Of a stretch of DNA of 64,000 bases, positions 10,428 through 19,357 are shown piece after piece. Position 1 is the first letter of the stretch. Each line of letters starts with the position of its first letter. Origin of the DNA: Candidatus Eiseniibacteriota bacterium. GTDB lineage: Bacteria > Eisenbacteria > RBG-16-71-46. The DNA lies in contig CAVSAC010000012.1 of assembly GCA_963725865.1 (NCBI GenBank), forward strand, positions 1,344,001-1,408,000, in the 5' to 3' direction. Position numbers and translations under genes: made by a program. Below the pieces are notes generated by a model that made no database searches, had not been told where the DNA came from, and worked only from the letters and a program-made list of their open reading frames with translations.

Positions 10428-10607
10428 GGCGAGTTCGCCGAGTCCGAACCCACGCTGCGCCGCTCGCTGGCGATCCTGGTCAAGACGTACGGCGATGGCA
10501 ACGCGATGACGCAGCGGGCCATCCAGGCGCTCGCGGATCTCTATACGGCGTGGAAGAAGCCGGCGCAGGCGGCGACGTACACCGCGAGGCTGACAGCGCC
10601 TAAGTGA
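10428..10607 (+). pseudogene. C-terminal remnant of a TPR protein (kinase-TPR-type tail)
   Basis: Manual translation GEFAESEPTLRRSLAILVKTYGDGNAMTQRAIQALADLYTAWKKPAQAATYTARLTAPK*. It resembles the tail of the intact kinase-TPR at 19358-21838. Confidence 0.65.
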
Positions 10608-10703
10608 TGGACCGAGGAGTCGACCTCGACCCTCTGATTCGACCTTCTCCCCCGCGGGGGTGACGCTCGTTCACTCGACCACCACGAACGGCTGGGCTGG
10701 CGG

Positions 10704-11939
10704 TCAGTTCACCGGCGGCGCGGGCCGGCCGCGGAAAGCCCGATAGAGCAGGAGGTCGTAGGCGATCTTGAGCCCCCCGGCGACGAAGAACGGCGCGCCG
10801 CTTCCGGTCAGCAGGAACGCGCCGCCGATCACCGGCGCCACGCCCGCGCCGAGCGACCTCGCGATCGCGGTGACGCCGGCCGCCGCCGCGCGCTCGTCCG
10901 GCGCGACGACGGCCATGGTGTAGGACTGCCGCGTGGGCACGTCCATCTGCGAGATGGCGTAGCGAGCCAGCAGCAGGCCCATGGCACTGGCCATCGTGGG
11001 CATCAAGGGCACCAGCAGGAGCATCACGTTCGAGGGCAGGTGCGTGAACACCATCGTGTTGACGAGGCCGATGCGGGCCGCGATGCGATGCGCCAGCAGC
11101 GCCGAGACCGCGGCCAGCAGATTCGCGCCGAAGAAGAGGCTGCCGAGTGCGGCGGTGCTGGCGCCGAAGCGAACGTGGAACCAGTACGCCATCACGCTCT
11201 GGAGCACGAACCCGCCCGCGAACGCGTCCAGCGCGAAGAGGGCGCTGAGACGCGCCACCACGGGGCCCGAACGATGGAGCCCGAGCCTCGAGTTGCCGGA
11301 GCCGCGAGGCGCCGCGGGCTCGGCCTCGACTGCCGCCGACAGGCGCGTGAAGAGCGCGGCGAGCACCACGCCGGCCCCTGCGTAGCACACGAGCAGCACG
11401 CGATACGATGCCAGGTCCGTCATTCCCCCGAGCTGGGCAATGCGGGTGAGCCAGCCGCCGGCGAGGGCCCCCAGCGCCGTCGCGGCGGATCCGGCGAGGT
11501 TGTACCAGGCGAAGACGCGCGTGCGCTGCTGGTCCGACACCAGCTGAGACAGCGCGGCCTGCTCGATCGAGAGGAAGGGCCCGATCTCGTGTCCACTCGG
11601 GCTGATCACCCCGACGATGGCGGCGATCATCAGCAGCTCGGGGCGCCGCGTGAGCAGGAACGCAACGCCCCCGGCGGTCATCAGGAGCGCGCCCACGAAC
11701 AGCATGCGCCGGCGGCCCATGCGGTCGGCTCGCGTCGTGATCCACAGCGAGATGCCGGCGTCGCCCAGCAGCGTCAACGCGAGCAGGAGCCCGATGGCGG
11801 GCCCGCCGAGGCCGATCCGCACCAGGTACAGCACGAACACGATCGACAGGAATCCGTACGCGAACAACCGCGTCGAGCGTGTGACGAAGAGCAGCGTCGC
11901 ATCGCGGCGAATCGGCGCCATGCGATCAGCACCCCTCAC
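10704..11939 (-). CDS. MFS transporter
   Basis: About 12 TM segments and motif A (ADRMGRRR). GTG start overlaps the upstream stop (GTGA). Confidence 0.9.
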   Translation of the reverse strand: MRGADRMAPIRRDATLLFVTRSTRLFAYGFLSIVFVLYLVRIGLGGPAIGLLLALTLLGDAGISLWITTRADRMGRRRMLFVGALLMTAGGVAFLLTRRPELLMIAAIVGVISPSGHEIGPFLSIEQAALSQLVSDQQRTRVFAWYNLAGSAATALGALAGGWLTRIAQLGGMTDLASYRVLLVCYAGAGVVLAALFTRLSAAVEAEPAAPRGSGNSRLGLHRSGPVVARLSALFALDAFAGGFVLQSVMAYWFHVRFGASTAALGSLFFGANLLAAVSALLAHRIAARIGLVNTMVFTHLPSNVMLLLVPLMPTMASAMGLLLARYAISQMDVPTRQSYTMAVVAPDERAAAAGVTAIARSLGAGVAPVIGGAFLLTGSGAPFFVAGGLKIAYDLLLYRAFRGRPAPPVN

Positions 11940-12397
11940 CGGAACGCGCCCTCGAGCCGGCCCTGCTGCACCATCCGCTCGCAGTAGGCGTAGAGCGCGT
12001 CATACACGATCCACTCGGCCGCATTGAGCTCGTGATCATCCTCGTAGCCGAGCCCCCGGAAGCCCTCGGCGATGGCCTTGAGCCCGGCCGACTCGGGCTG
12101 GTTCCAGAGGGAGTTGTCCGTGTCGGCGCCGTTCACGATCCTGGCGAGGAGCACCAGGGCGGGATCGGATGCCAGTCCGTGCTTCCTGACGATGGCGTCA
12201 AACGAGCACTCCTTCCTGTGGTGTCCGAGTTCGACGCCGCTCACGTCGTACGGCGTCGCGCCCTCCCGCTCCGACACGGTCATCACCTGGTCCGCGGGCA
12301 CGAACAGGAACTCCGCCTGTGGATCCACGAACCGGCGGATCAGCCAGGGACAGGCCACGCGGTCGACGTGGACGTTCTCACGAGTGATCCACTTCAT
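11936..12397 (-). CDS. chrF: Stand-alone ChrB C-terminal (Chrome_Resist) domain protein, ChrF-like
   Basis: MKWITRENVHVDRVACPWLIRRFVDPQAEFLFVP...CSFDAI...YDALY. ATGA overlap with chrB. Confidence 0.85.
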   Translation of the reverse strand: MKWITRENVHVDRVACPWLIRRFVDPQAEFLFVPADQVMTVSEREGATPYDVSGVELGHHRKECSFDAIVRKHGLASDPALVLLARIVNGADTDNSLWNQPESAGLKAIAEGFRGLGYEDDHELNAAEWIVYDALYAYCERMVQQGRLEGAFR

Positions 12398-13389
12398 CTG
12401 GGGTGCCTCCGGGATGTCGAGCGGGTTCGTCTGCGAAAGGACTCGTAGAGGTTCTCGAACACGCTCGTTCCTTGAACGAGCCGCGTCTCATCGCCCTGCC
12501 TGGCGATCGCGAGACCCACGATCACGCGGCCCACTCCCGCGGCTTCTGCACGGTTGTAGCGGCCATCCCCCAGATCGAGGTCGTGAACGATCTCCGCGAT
12601 GGGCCTGAGGGCCGAGTCGCGAAGGCGGAAGCGCTCGACCAGCACTTCGAACGTGCAACGGCCTTCGTGATGCGTGAACTCGGCACCGGCCATGTCGAAG
12701 CGGAGTTCGCCCTGCCGCGGCCGATAGGTGCGGCCACTCACGAACTTGAATCGAGCAGCGGGGTCGATGAACCGCTGGATCAGCCAGGCGCTGGCGATCC
12801 GGTCCACCATCACGCCGGTCCGCGTGACCCAGGTGGCGCCCTTCGGCGGCTCGGGAGCCTCCAGCTTGCGCTGGCTGGTCTCCTCGACGCCCTGGACCAG
12901 ATCCTCGACGAGCGAGAGCAGCCCGGCGGCCGTCTCGCGTCCGTGGGCGCCGAACGGGTCACGGGAGACGGTCTGGTCGAATCGCACCCGAAGCCGCTCG
13001 AGCGCCTGTCCCACGCGGCGCCGGCGTGGCTCGTCATGGGAACGGGCTCCGCGAAGCTCGGAGGACAGGCGTTTCGCCTCATTGCTGACGGCCGCGTACT
13101 CGGCATCGCGAGCGTCCCGCATGAGGTCTTCCACCGCTCCGTCGGCGAGCCCCTCGACGAGGTGTGCCTCGCAGACGACCGCCTCGCCACCCTGGTGGAG
13201 GATCTCGCGCGCCACCTCTCCCAGACTCGTCTGGCTCTCGGCGTTGGCGGGTAGGAGATACACGGAGTTCTTGATCGCGACGGCACCGAGATATCTCAGA
13301 CGACGCCGGATCTTCACGCGCAGGTAGTCCGGTTTCGCCGGGATGTGGTGGATCAGCAACAGCCACCTGGCAGGGTCCACACGGGGCAC
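12394..13389 (-). CDS. chrB: Chromate resistance regulator ChrB (ChrB_N + ChrB_C)
   Basis: WLLLIHHIPAKPDYLRVKIRRRL..LGAVAIKNSVYLLP, WVTR..VMVDRIASAWLIQRFIDP, CTFEVL, IVHDLDL. RBS GAGGAGG. Confidence 0.9.
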   Translation of the reverse strand: MPRVDPARWLLLIHHIPAKPDYLRVKIRRRLRYLGAVAIKNSVYLLPANAESQTSLGEVAREILHQGGEAVVCEAHLVEGLADGAVEDLMRDARDAEYAAVSNEAKRLSSELRGARSHDEPRRRRVGQALERLRVRFDQTVSRDPFGAHGRETAAGLLSLVEDLVQGVEETSQRKLEAPEPPKGATWVTRTGVMVDRIASAWLIQRFIDPAARFKFVSGRTYRPRQGELRFDMAGAEFTHHEGRCTFEVLVERFRLRDSALRPIAEIVHDLDLGDGRYNRAEAAGVGRVIVGLAIARQGDETRLVQGTSVFENLYESFRRRTRSTSRRHPR

Positions 13390-13420
13390 CGCTCCTCCTC
13401 GCTCTCAGGGCCGAGCGGGA

Positions 13421-13461
13421 GGTATAGGCACGACGAATCATGACGTCAACGTCACTGATTC
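13421..13461 (-). promoter_or_regulatory. Putative sigma70 promoter of the chrB operon with an overlapping palindromic operator
   Basis: Minus strand TTGACG (13449-13444), 17-nt spacer, TATACC (13426-13421). Imperfect inverted repeat GAATCATGACG-TCAA-CGTCACTGATTC (13435-13461). Confidence 0.55.
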
Positions 13462-13639
13462 ATCTGGGATACGCGCGGCCGCGGCTGTGGTCCTTCGATT
13501 GCGGGACGGCGGCTGCCGAGGCCTCCGTTTCGTGACCCACCGGGCTGATGGTTGCCGACTCGTACAGTCGCTCGACGTGGTGGATGAAGGGCACGTACTT
13601 CTCGATGTACTCCCGGCCCGGCTCCACGTCGCCGGCCGA
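13460..13639 (-). pseudogene. C-terminal remnant of a DUF6448-like protein
   Basis: GDVEPGREYIEKYVPFIHHVERLYESA resembles the DUF6448 C-terminal motif (from memory). No start or N-terminal body is present. Confidence 0.55.
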
Positions 13640-13686
13640 GCAGTCGCAGGCGGCCTCCGGAATGGCGGGCCCGAGATCGCGGCCGA

Positions 13687-14130
13687 CTAGCGGTGCCGCC
13701 CGATGCGCAGGTTGGCGGTGCCGAGGTAGATCTCGCGCAGGAAGATGGTGAGGCCTCCGACCAGCGCCAGCATGGCGGTCACGAACAGGACCGAGATCAC
13801 GCGCTCGAGGTCGATGTCCAGCGCGCTGCCGATGAACAGGAGCGCGATCACGAGGCAGACCATCAGCGCGCAGCTGGTGCTGAGCGTGAGCGCCAGGTTC
13901 ACCATCCACGCCCGGTGCGAGAGCATCGACAGCTCGGAGTGCATCTCCGCGTGCCGCTCCGCCGGCTCCGTGAGGAGCCGATCTTCGACCAGGCGGGCGC
14001 GGTCGATGATGCGCGCCAGCCGGTTCGTGAGGACGGTCAGGATCACTCCCACTCCGGACAGCAGGAACACGGGCGCGACCGCCAACTGGATCACGTGGAC
14101 GACATTGGGTGTGGGGAGCGCTGTGGTCAC
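13687..14130 (-). CDS. DUF2721-family membrane protein
   Basis: IQLAVAPVFLLSGVG..L.VLTNRLARIIDRAR...FLREI. RBS GGAGG, GTG start. Confidence 0.88.
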   Translation of the reverse strand: MTTALPTPNVVHVIQLAVAPVFLLSGVGVILTVLTNRLARIIDRARLVEDRLLTEPAERHAEMHSELSMLSHRAWMVNLALTLSTSCALMVCLVIALLFIGSALDIDLERVISVLFVTAMLALVGGLTIFLREIYLGTANLRIGRHR

Positions 14131-14333
14131 GATTCCTCCGGCCGCGGAGTGTGCCGGTGCGTGCGACGTTCCGCAACTGCAGGCGACGGGAGTCTGCCGC
14201 CCCCGCGGTCCTCACGCGGCCTAAGCGACGCTTCGACTTCACGCGAGTCGGATCGCCGCATCGCGTTCGAGAGGTGCTAGAGTGCGTCGAGGTCGCGTGC
14301 AGTTCCCATCACCCGAACCGGGGGCGGCGATCC

Positions 14334-14465
14334 ATGGGCGACAAGTCTCCGAAGTCGAAAGAGCGGCTGAAGAAGCAGGACGCGGCGGAGAAGAACCAGA
14401 AGAAGGCCGACGCCTACAGCAAGGCGCACCCGGCTCCTGCTGCGCCGGTGAAGAAGGGCAAGTAG
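14334..14465 (+). CDS. Small Lys-rich hypothetical protein (43 aa)
   Basis: MGDKSPKSKERLKKQDAAEKNQKKADAYSKAHPAPAAPVKKGK*, with strongly host-like codon usage. Confidence 0.7.
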   Translation: MGDKSPKSKERLKKQDAAEKNQKKADAYSKAHPAPAAPVKKGK

Positions 14466-14523
14466 TCCGTCGAGTTCACTGAGCTCGGTCGGCAGTGCGG
14501 CCGCTCGGGCGGCTGCGTCCGCG

Positions 14524-15081
14524 TCATCGTGGACGTTCGCGGCCGCCGCCGCGCCGCGCGCGCGGCCCCACCACGCCGGCAAGGAACGTCTTCTCGATCG
14601 ACTCCGTCAGTTCGGCCATCGCCGCTTCCAGCTCTCGGTGTCTGCGATTCACCTCCGGATCGGCGTGTCGCTCCTGCGCGAGCGCCTCGGCGCAGCGCTC
14701 CCGGAGCGGCAGGTGGCCGACCGGCTGCCCCAATTGCGCCACCAGCCCCATCACCCGCGCGATCTGCCGCTGGGTCGCCTCGATCCGGTCGACCGCCCGC
14801 TGCTCGCTCACGGCACCGCGCCGCGCGTCCTGAAGCAGCCGGCACTCGAACGTCCGGCAGCACGCGGGGCGGTGCGCGTAGATGCTGCAGCGTCTCCCCC
14901 GCAGCGCGCGACACGGCTGAACCAGCAGCGCGCCGTGGGTGTCTCTGTCTTCGATCTCCAGCCCCATGAGCTCCAACCCGTCGGCTTCGGCGCGACTCGC
15001 CAGCTCGACGTCGGCGAACAGCGATCCGTCGCAGCACAACCCGCACCGCGTGCACAGGGTATCCGTGAGGCTCCGTTCCAT
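14524..15081 (-). CDS. YkgJ-family (CxxCxxCC) cysteine-cluster protein
   Basis: LCTRCGLCCDG...QPC..L..RRCSIYAHRPACCRTFEC. Confidence 0.85.
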   Translation of the reverse strand: MERSLTDTLCTRCGLCCDGSLFADVELASRAEADGLELMGLEIEDRDTHGALLVQPCRALRGRRCSIYAHRPACCRTFECRLLQDARRGAVSEQRAVDRIEATQRQIARVMGLVAQLGQPVGHLPLRERCAEALAQERHADPEVNRRHRELEAAMAELTESIEKTFLAGVVGPRARRGGGRERPR

Positions 15082-15299
15082 GACGGGACCATCGCTGATC
15101 CCGTCCCACGATGAAAGCGACATGATCGACGGGCGGCTCATCCGGCGGGTCCGGGGCGCGGTCGATGAACGGCCGCGGCCACTCCTTGCCTTCGCGCGAT
15201 CTCCGGGGGAGACTGCGGGTTCCCATGGCCCTCCCCGGATCCGCTCGTGGACCGCGCCCGAACTCGTCACGCCCTGACCGCTGACCGGGGATCGCTTCG

Positions 15300-17108
15300 A
15301 TGGCCATCTTCCATTTCGACTTCGCCGACGCGCCCAGGGACCTGACGCTACGGCCCGGCGACATGCGCCGCATCTGGCGCTACCTGCTGCCTGCGTGGCG
15401 CCCGTCGGTGCTCATCCTGCTCTGCATCATCGCCGGCGCGCTGTTGGGCGTGATCCCGCCCCTGCTGGTCCGCGCGGTCATCGATCGCGCGATCCCGAGC
15501 CATGACGGCCGGCTGCTGAACTGGCTGATCGCCGGCATGATCGGCGCCCCGCTGGTCGCGGGCCTCATCGGCGTGTGGCAGAACTACCTCGTCACCGTGA
15601 TGGGCCAGGGCGTCATGTTCGAGATCCGGAACGACATGTTCGACCGGGTGCTGCGGCAGTCGCTGCGGTTCTTCACCAACACCAAGTCGGGCGAGATCGT
15701 ATCGCGGCTCCAGAACGACGTGGGCAGCGTCCAGGGCGTGGTCACGGGGACCATGGTCAACCTCGCCTCCAACCTGCTCGTGGTCGTGAGCACGCTGGCC
15801 GTGATCCTGCGCCTCGACTGGCGGCTGTCGCTCGTCGCGGTGGCCGTGCTGCCGTTCTTCATCCTCCCGACGCGGCGCGTGGGCCAGATGCGCGGCCGGC
15901 TCGCGAAGGAGACGCAGGAGCGCATGGCCGAGATCACCGCCGCGATCCAGGAGACGCTGTCGGTGAGCGGCTACTTGCTGGCGCGGCTGTTCGGGGCCCA
16001 GGCGCAGGAGCGCCGGCGCTTCCGCGAGAAGGCGGCCGCGGTGCGCGACCTGCAGGTGCGCCAGAGCATGATCGGGCGCTGGTTCCTGATGTTCATCCTG
16101 CTGTTCGCCAGCGTGGGGCCCGCGCTCATCTACTGGGTGGGCGGCCACGAGGCCATCGCGGGGCGGATCTCGATCGGCACCATCGTGGCGTTCGTCGGCT
16201 ACCTGGGCCGGCTCTACACCCCCGCGACGGCGCTCGTGAACGCGCACGTCGACGTGATGAGCGGGGCCGCCGTGTTCCGCCGCATCTTCGACTACCTCGA
16301 TCTGCCCATCGACATCGCCGAACCCGCCGCGCCGGTCCGACTCGCCGATCCGCGGGGCGCGCTGCGATTCGAGGGCGTGTCGATGGCGTACGCCGGGGCC
16401 GGCCCGCCGTGGACGGTCGAGGACCTCGAGTTCGAGGTGCGGCCCGGTCAGATGGTGGCGCTGGTGGGCCCCAGCGGGGCCGGCAAGACCACGGTGACGT
16501 ATCTCGCCACCCGGCTCTATGACCCGACGCGCGGCCGCGTCACGTTCGATGGCACCGATCTGCGGCAGCTCGAGCTCGACGACCTCGCGCGCTGGACCGC
16601 CATGGTCACGCAGGAGACGACGCTGTTCCACGCCACGATCGCCGAGAACCTGCGCTACGCCCGGCCGAACGCGAGCGCGGAGGAACTGGAGCGCGCCTGC
16701 GCGCTGGCGCAGGTGCTGGACGTGGTCCGCGGCCTGCCCCTGGGTTTCGAAACGGTGGTCGGCGAGCGCGGCTACAAACTCTCGGGGGGCGAGCGCCAGC
16801 GCCTCGCGCTCGCGCGCGTGGTGCTGCGCGACCCGCGGCTGCTCATCCTGGACGAGGCGACGTCCTCCCTGGACTCGCGCTCCGAGGCGTTGATCCGCGA
16901 GGCGCTCGAGGCGGTCCTGGTCGGTCGCAGCAGCCTGGTCATCGCCCACCGCCTCAGCACCGTGCTGCGCGCCGACCTGATCCTGGTCATGGACAAGGGG
17001 CGGCTGGTCGAGCGCGGCACGCACGCCCAGCTGCTGGCGAACAGCGGACTGTACGCACGGCTCTATGAAGAGCAGTTCCGGCACGCCCAGGCCGCCGACG
17101 CGTGCTAG
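15300..17108 (+). CDS. ABC exporter, fused permease/ATPase
   Basis: Six-TM N-terminal domain, Walker A GPSGAGKT, signature LSGGERQR, Walker B ILDEATSSLD. Confidence 0.95.
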   Translation: MAIFHFDFADAPRDLTLRPGDMRRIWRYLLPAWRPSVLILLCIIAGALLGVIPPLLVRAVIDRAIPSHDGRLLNWLIAGMIGAPLVAGLIGVWQNYLVTVMGQGVMFEIRNDMFDRVLRQSLRFFTNTKSGEIVSRLQNDVGSVQGVVTGTMVNLASNLLVVVSTLAVILRLDWRLSLVAVAVLPFFILPTRRVGQMRGRLAKETQERMAEITAAIQETLSVSGYLLARLFGAQAQERRRFREKAAAVRDLQVRQSMIGRWFLMFILLFASVGPALIYWVGGHEAIAGRISIGTIVAFVGYLGRLYTPATALVNAHVDVMSGAAVFRRIFDYLDLPIDIAEPAAPVRLADPRGALRFEGVSMAYAGAGPPWTVEDLEFEVRPGQMVALVGPSGAGKTTVTYLATRLYDPTRGRVTFDGTDLRQLELDDLARWTAMVTQETTLFHATIAENLRYARPNASAEELERACALAQVLDVVRGLPLGFETVVGERGYKLSGGERQRLALARVVLRDPRLLILDEATSSLDSRSEALIREALEAVLVGRSSLVIAHRLSTVLRADLILVMDKGRLVERGTHAQLLANSGLYARLYEEQFRHAQAADAC

Positions 17109-17228
17109 AGGGCCGGCGGGTGCGCGCGGGCCGCCGCAGCGGATGGCGCCCGGCCGCCGCCCTCGTGCCCCGCTCCCGGCATCGTCTCCGCACCACGGTG
17201 ACCGATCGAGATCTGGCGCGGTTCCCGC

Positions 17229-17702
17229 CTAGCGCCCGTCGTGGGCCTCCTGCAGACGGCGGATGTCGAGCTTCTTCATCTGGAGCATGGCCGTCATCAC
17301 CCGCTTCGCCTTCTCGGGATCCCTGGCTCCCATCAGGGCGCCGAGGACCGAGGGCACGATCTGCCAGGACAGGCCGTACTTGTCCTTCAACCAGCCACAT
17401 GGCTCCTGCGATCCGCCCGCGGAGAGCTTCTCCCACAGCTCGTCCACCTCCTGTTGCGTCTCGCAGCGCACGAAGAAAGAGATCGCCGGAGTGAACTGGA
17501 ACTGCGGGCCGCCGTTCAGCGCGACGAAGTCCTGCCCGTCGAGTTCGAAGGTCGCCGACATCACCGTGCCCTGGGGTGCAGGCCCGCCCGCACCGACCCG
17601 GTGGACGCGCTTCACCTTCGAGTTCTTGAAGATCGAGACGTAGAAGTTCATCGCCTCTTCGGCCTTGCCGTCGAACCACAGGAACGGGGTGATCTTGTGC
17701 AT
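17229..17702 (-). CDS. VOC/PhnB-like (3-dmu-9_3-mt) protein
   Basis: MHKITPFLWFDGKAEEAMNFY...ALNGGP...CGWLKDKYGLSWQIVP. RBS AAGGAG. Confidence 0.93.
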   Translation of the reverse strand: MHKITPFLWFDGKAEEAMNFYVSIFKNSKVKRVHRVGAGGPAPQGTVMSATFELDGQDFVALNGGPQFQFTPAISFFVRCETQQEVDELWEKLSAGGSQEPCGWLKDKYGLSWQIVPSVLGALMGARDPEKAKRVMTAMLQMKKLDIRRLQEAHDGR

Positions 17703-17782
17703 GTCGATCTCCTTCAGCCGACCGGATGACCGCGGGCAGAGCGACCTGGCGGTCGTCGCGAGGTCGAGGATTCCGGCGAGTG

Positions 17783-18214
17783 TCAGTTCGAGAGCGGCCG
17801 CGGACGATGGAGCGCGCCGCCCAGCCAGGTGCATGGCAGCGCCGTCACCACCAGCGCGAACGGATACCAGCGGGGCCCCAGGTTCATCGGCAGCGTCGCG
17901 ATCGCACCGAAGAGACTCACGACCAAGCCGATGCCGCCGAGGATCATCGCGTGTCGCATCGGACGCCGCGGCGCCAGGCGCGCGGCGAGGTAGCCGCCGA
18001 GCACGGTGTAGACGAGGCGGTACGCGAGCGCCAGCAGGTTGAGACCGGGGTCGAACATCGGCTCGGTCCACGGTGGATAGACGTGAAGCACGTGCAGCAC
18101 CTGGTCGGTGCCGATCGACAGCACGGCGACCGTGAGGAACCCCACGAGCACCGCGCCGATGCTGCGCGGCCGGCTGCCCGGGGGCGTGGTGGTCAGCGTG
18201 TCGATGGGTTTCAT
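17783..18214 (-). CDS. Four-TM hypothetical membrane protein
   Basis: Four hydrophobic segments, LALAYR and GPRWYP motifs. Co-oriented within the operon. Confidence 0.8.
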   Translation of the reverse strand: MKPIDTLTTTPPGSRPRSIGAVLVGFLTVAVLSIGTDQVLHVLHVYPPWTEPMFDPGLNLLALAYRLVYTVLGGYLAARLAPRRPMRHAMILGGIGLVVSLFGAIATLPMNLGPRWYPFALVVTALPCTWLGGALHRPRPLSN

Positions 18215-18269
18215 GGCAGGTCTCCCCAGGATTGCGCGGCCGGATCGTGTGGCGCAGGACGACGCAACG

Positions 18270-18749
18270 TCACTGCGACAACACGCTGTCGAGGGCGTCG
18301 AAGCTCTTTCCCACGCCGTCTTGCATCGGGGACTTGAGGATCGCGTCACGGACTTCCTTCGACGTATAGCGCATCGTCATCGTGAGTGTCGTGCGGCCGC
18401 CTCGCTCGATGAACATCACCGTGCCCGTGGCTTCGCCTTCATACCACGGGTCGTCGAACTGCTCGGTCGACACGATGCGCTCGGGGATCACGAGCTCGCG
18501 GATGGTGCCGCGCAATCCCATCGAGGTGCCATCCTGCCGGCGCCACACGTACCGAATCCGGCCGCCGACCTGGAGGTCGATCTCACAGACGTCGAGAGTC
18601 CAGCCGCCGAATACCCCGAGCCAGCGCTTGAGCAGCTCGGGCTTGGTGTAGGCGTCGAAGACCATCTGGCGCGGCGCGGCGAACTCGCGCGACATCGCGA
18701 TCTCGCGGTCGGAGGGCGTGGTGATCTTCAAGCTGCCGGAGCTCGTCAT
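18270..18749 (-). CDS. SRPBCC/AHSA1-family protein
   Basis: DREIAMSREFAAPRQMVFDAYTKPELLKRW...PERIVSTE.FD. ATGA overlap with the ArsR gene. Confidence 0.92.
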   Translation of the reverse strand: MTSSGSLKITTPSDREIAMSREFAAPRQMVFDAYTKPELLKRWLGVFGGWTLDVCEIDLQVGGRIRYVWRRQDGTSMGLRGTIRELVIPERIVSTEQFDDPWYEGEATGTVMFIERGGRTTLTMTMRYTSKEVRDAILKSPMQDGVGKSFDALDSVLSQ

Positions 18750-19147
18750 CGTGCTCGTCTCCTCTTGCGCATGGTGGGGACACGCTGTCGCTTCCGCGTC
18801 TGCGATTTCAACTCGTCGAGCACGGCGTCGAGGCGCTGGAAGCTGGCCTCCCACGCCTCCCGGTACCGCTCCAGCCACACGTCGATCTCCGCGAGCGGCT
18901 GCGGCTCGAGCCGGCACGGGCGGCGCTGGGCATCGCGGCCGCGCGAGATCAGGCCGACGCGCTCCAGCACCTTCAGGTGCTTCGAGATCGCCGGCTGGCT
19001 CATCGCGAACGGTGCGACCAGCTCCGTGACCGACGCCGGGCCCGCCGCGAGCCGCGCGATGATCGCCCGCCGGGTGGGATCGGCGAGGGCCGAGAACATG
19101 GCGTCGAGGCGCTCCGGAGCCAGTGCGGATGTCGCGGTCGCTTTCAT
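18746..19147 (-). CDS. ArsR/SmtB-family transcriptional regulator
   Basis: FSALADPTRRAII...MSQPAISKHLKVLERVGLI.RGRDAQRRPC. Confidence 0.93.
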   Translation of the reverse strand: MKATATSALAPERLDAMFSALADPTRRAIIARLAAGPASVTELVAPFAMSQPAISKHLKVLERVGLISRGRDAQRRPCRLEPQPLAEIDVWLERYREAWEASFQRLDAVLDELKSQTRKRQRVPTMRKRRRAR

Positions 19148-19162
19148 AACTGGCAGGTTATG
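19145..19162. promoter_or_regulatory. Palindromic operator overlapping the ArsR start codon
   Basis: CATAAC-TGGCAG-GTTATG, a perfect 6-6-6 AT-rich inverted repeat. Confidence 0.65.
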
Positions 19163-19357
19163 TAAGATCGTGGTGACGGTCAACCCCGGAGTCGAGCGGC
19201 CGCGCGATCTCCCGATCGCTTCGACCGCGACGCTCGGTCCGCCCGGACATTCGCTCTTGTAGCGTCAGCGCCCGCAGGCTAGGGTTCGCGCCCCGCTCAC
19301 CACCCCCCGTGATCGAGCGACTCCCACCGATCCGAATCCGTTCCCCACGCGGAGGCC

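Noticed and set aside
8329..14465. Integron cassette array or mobile element explaining the small genes and fragments
   Set aside because: No integrase or transposase, no repeated attC-like sites, and no terminal repeats were found.
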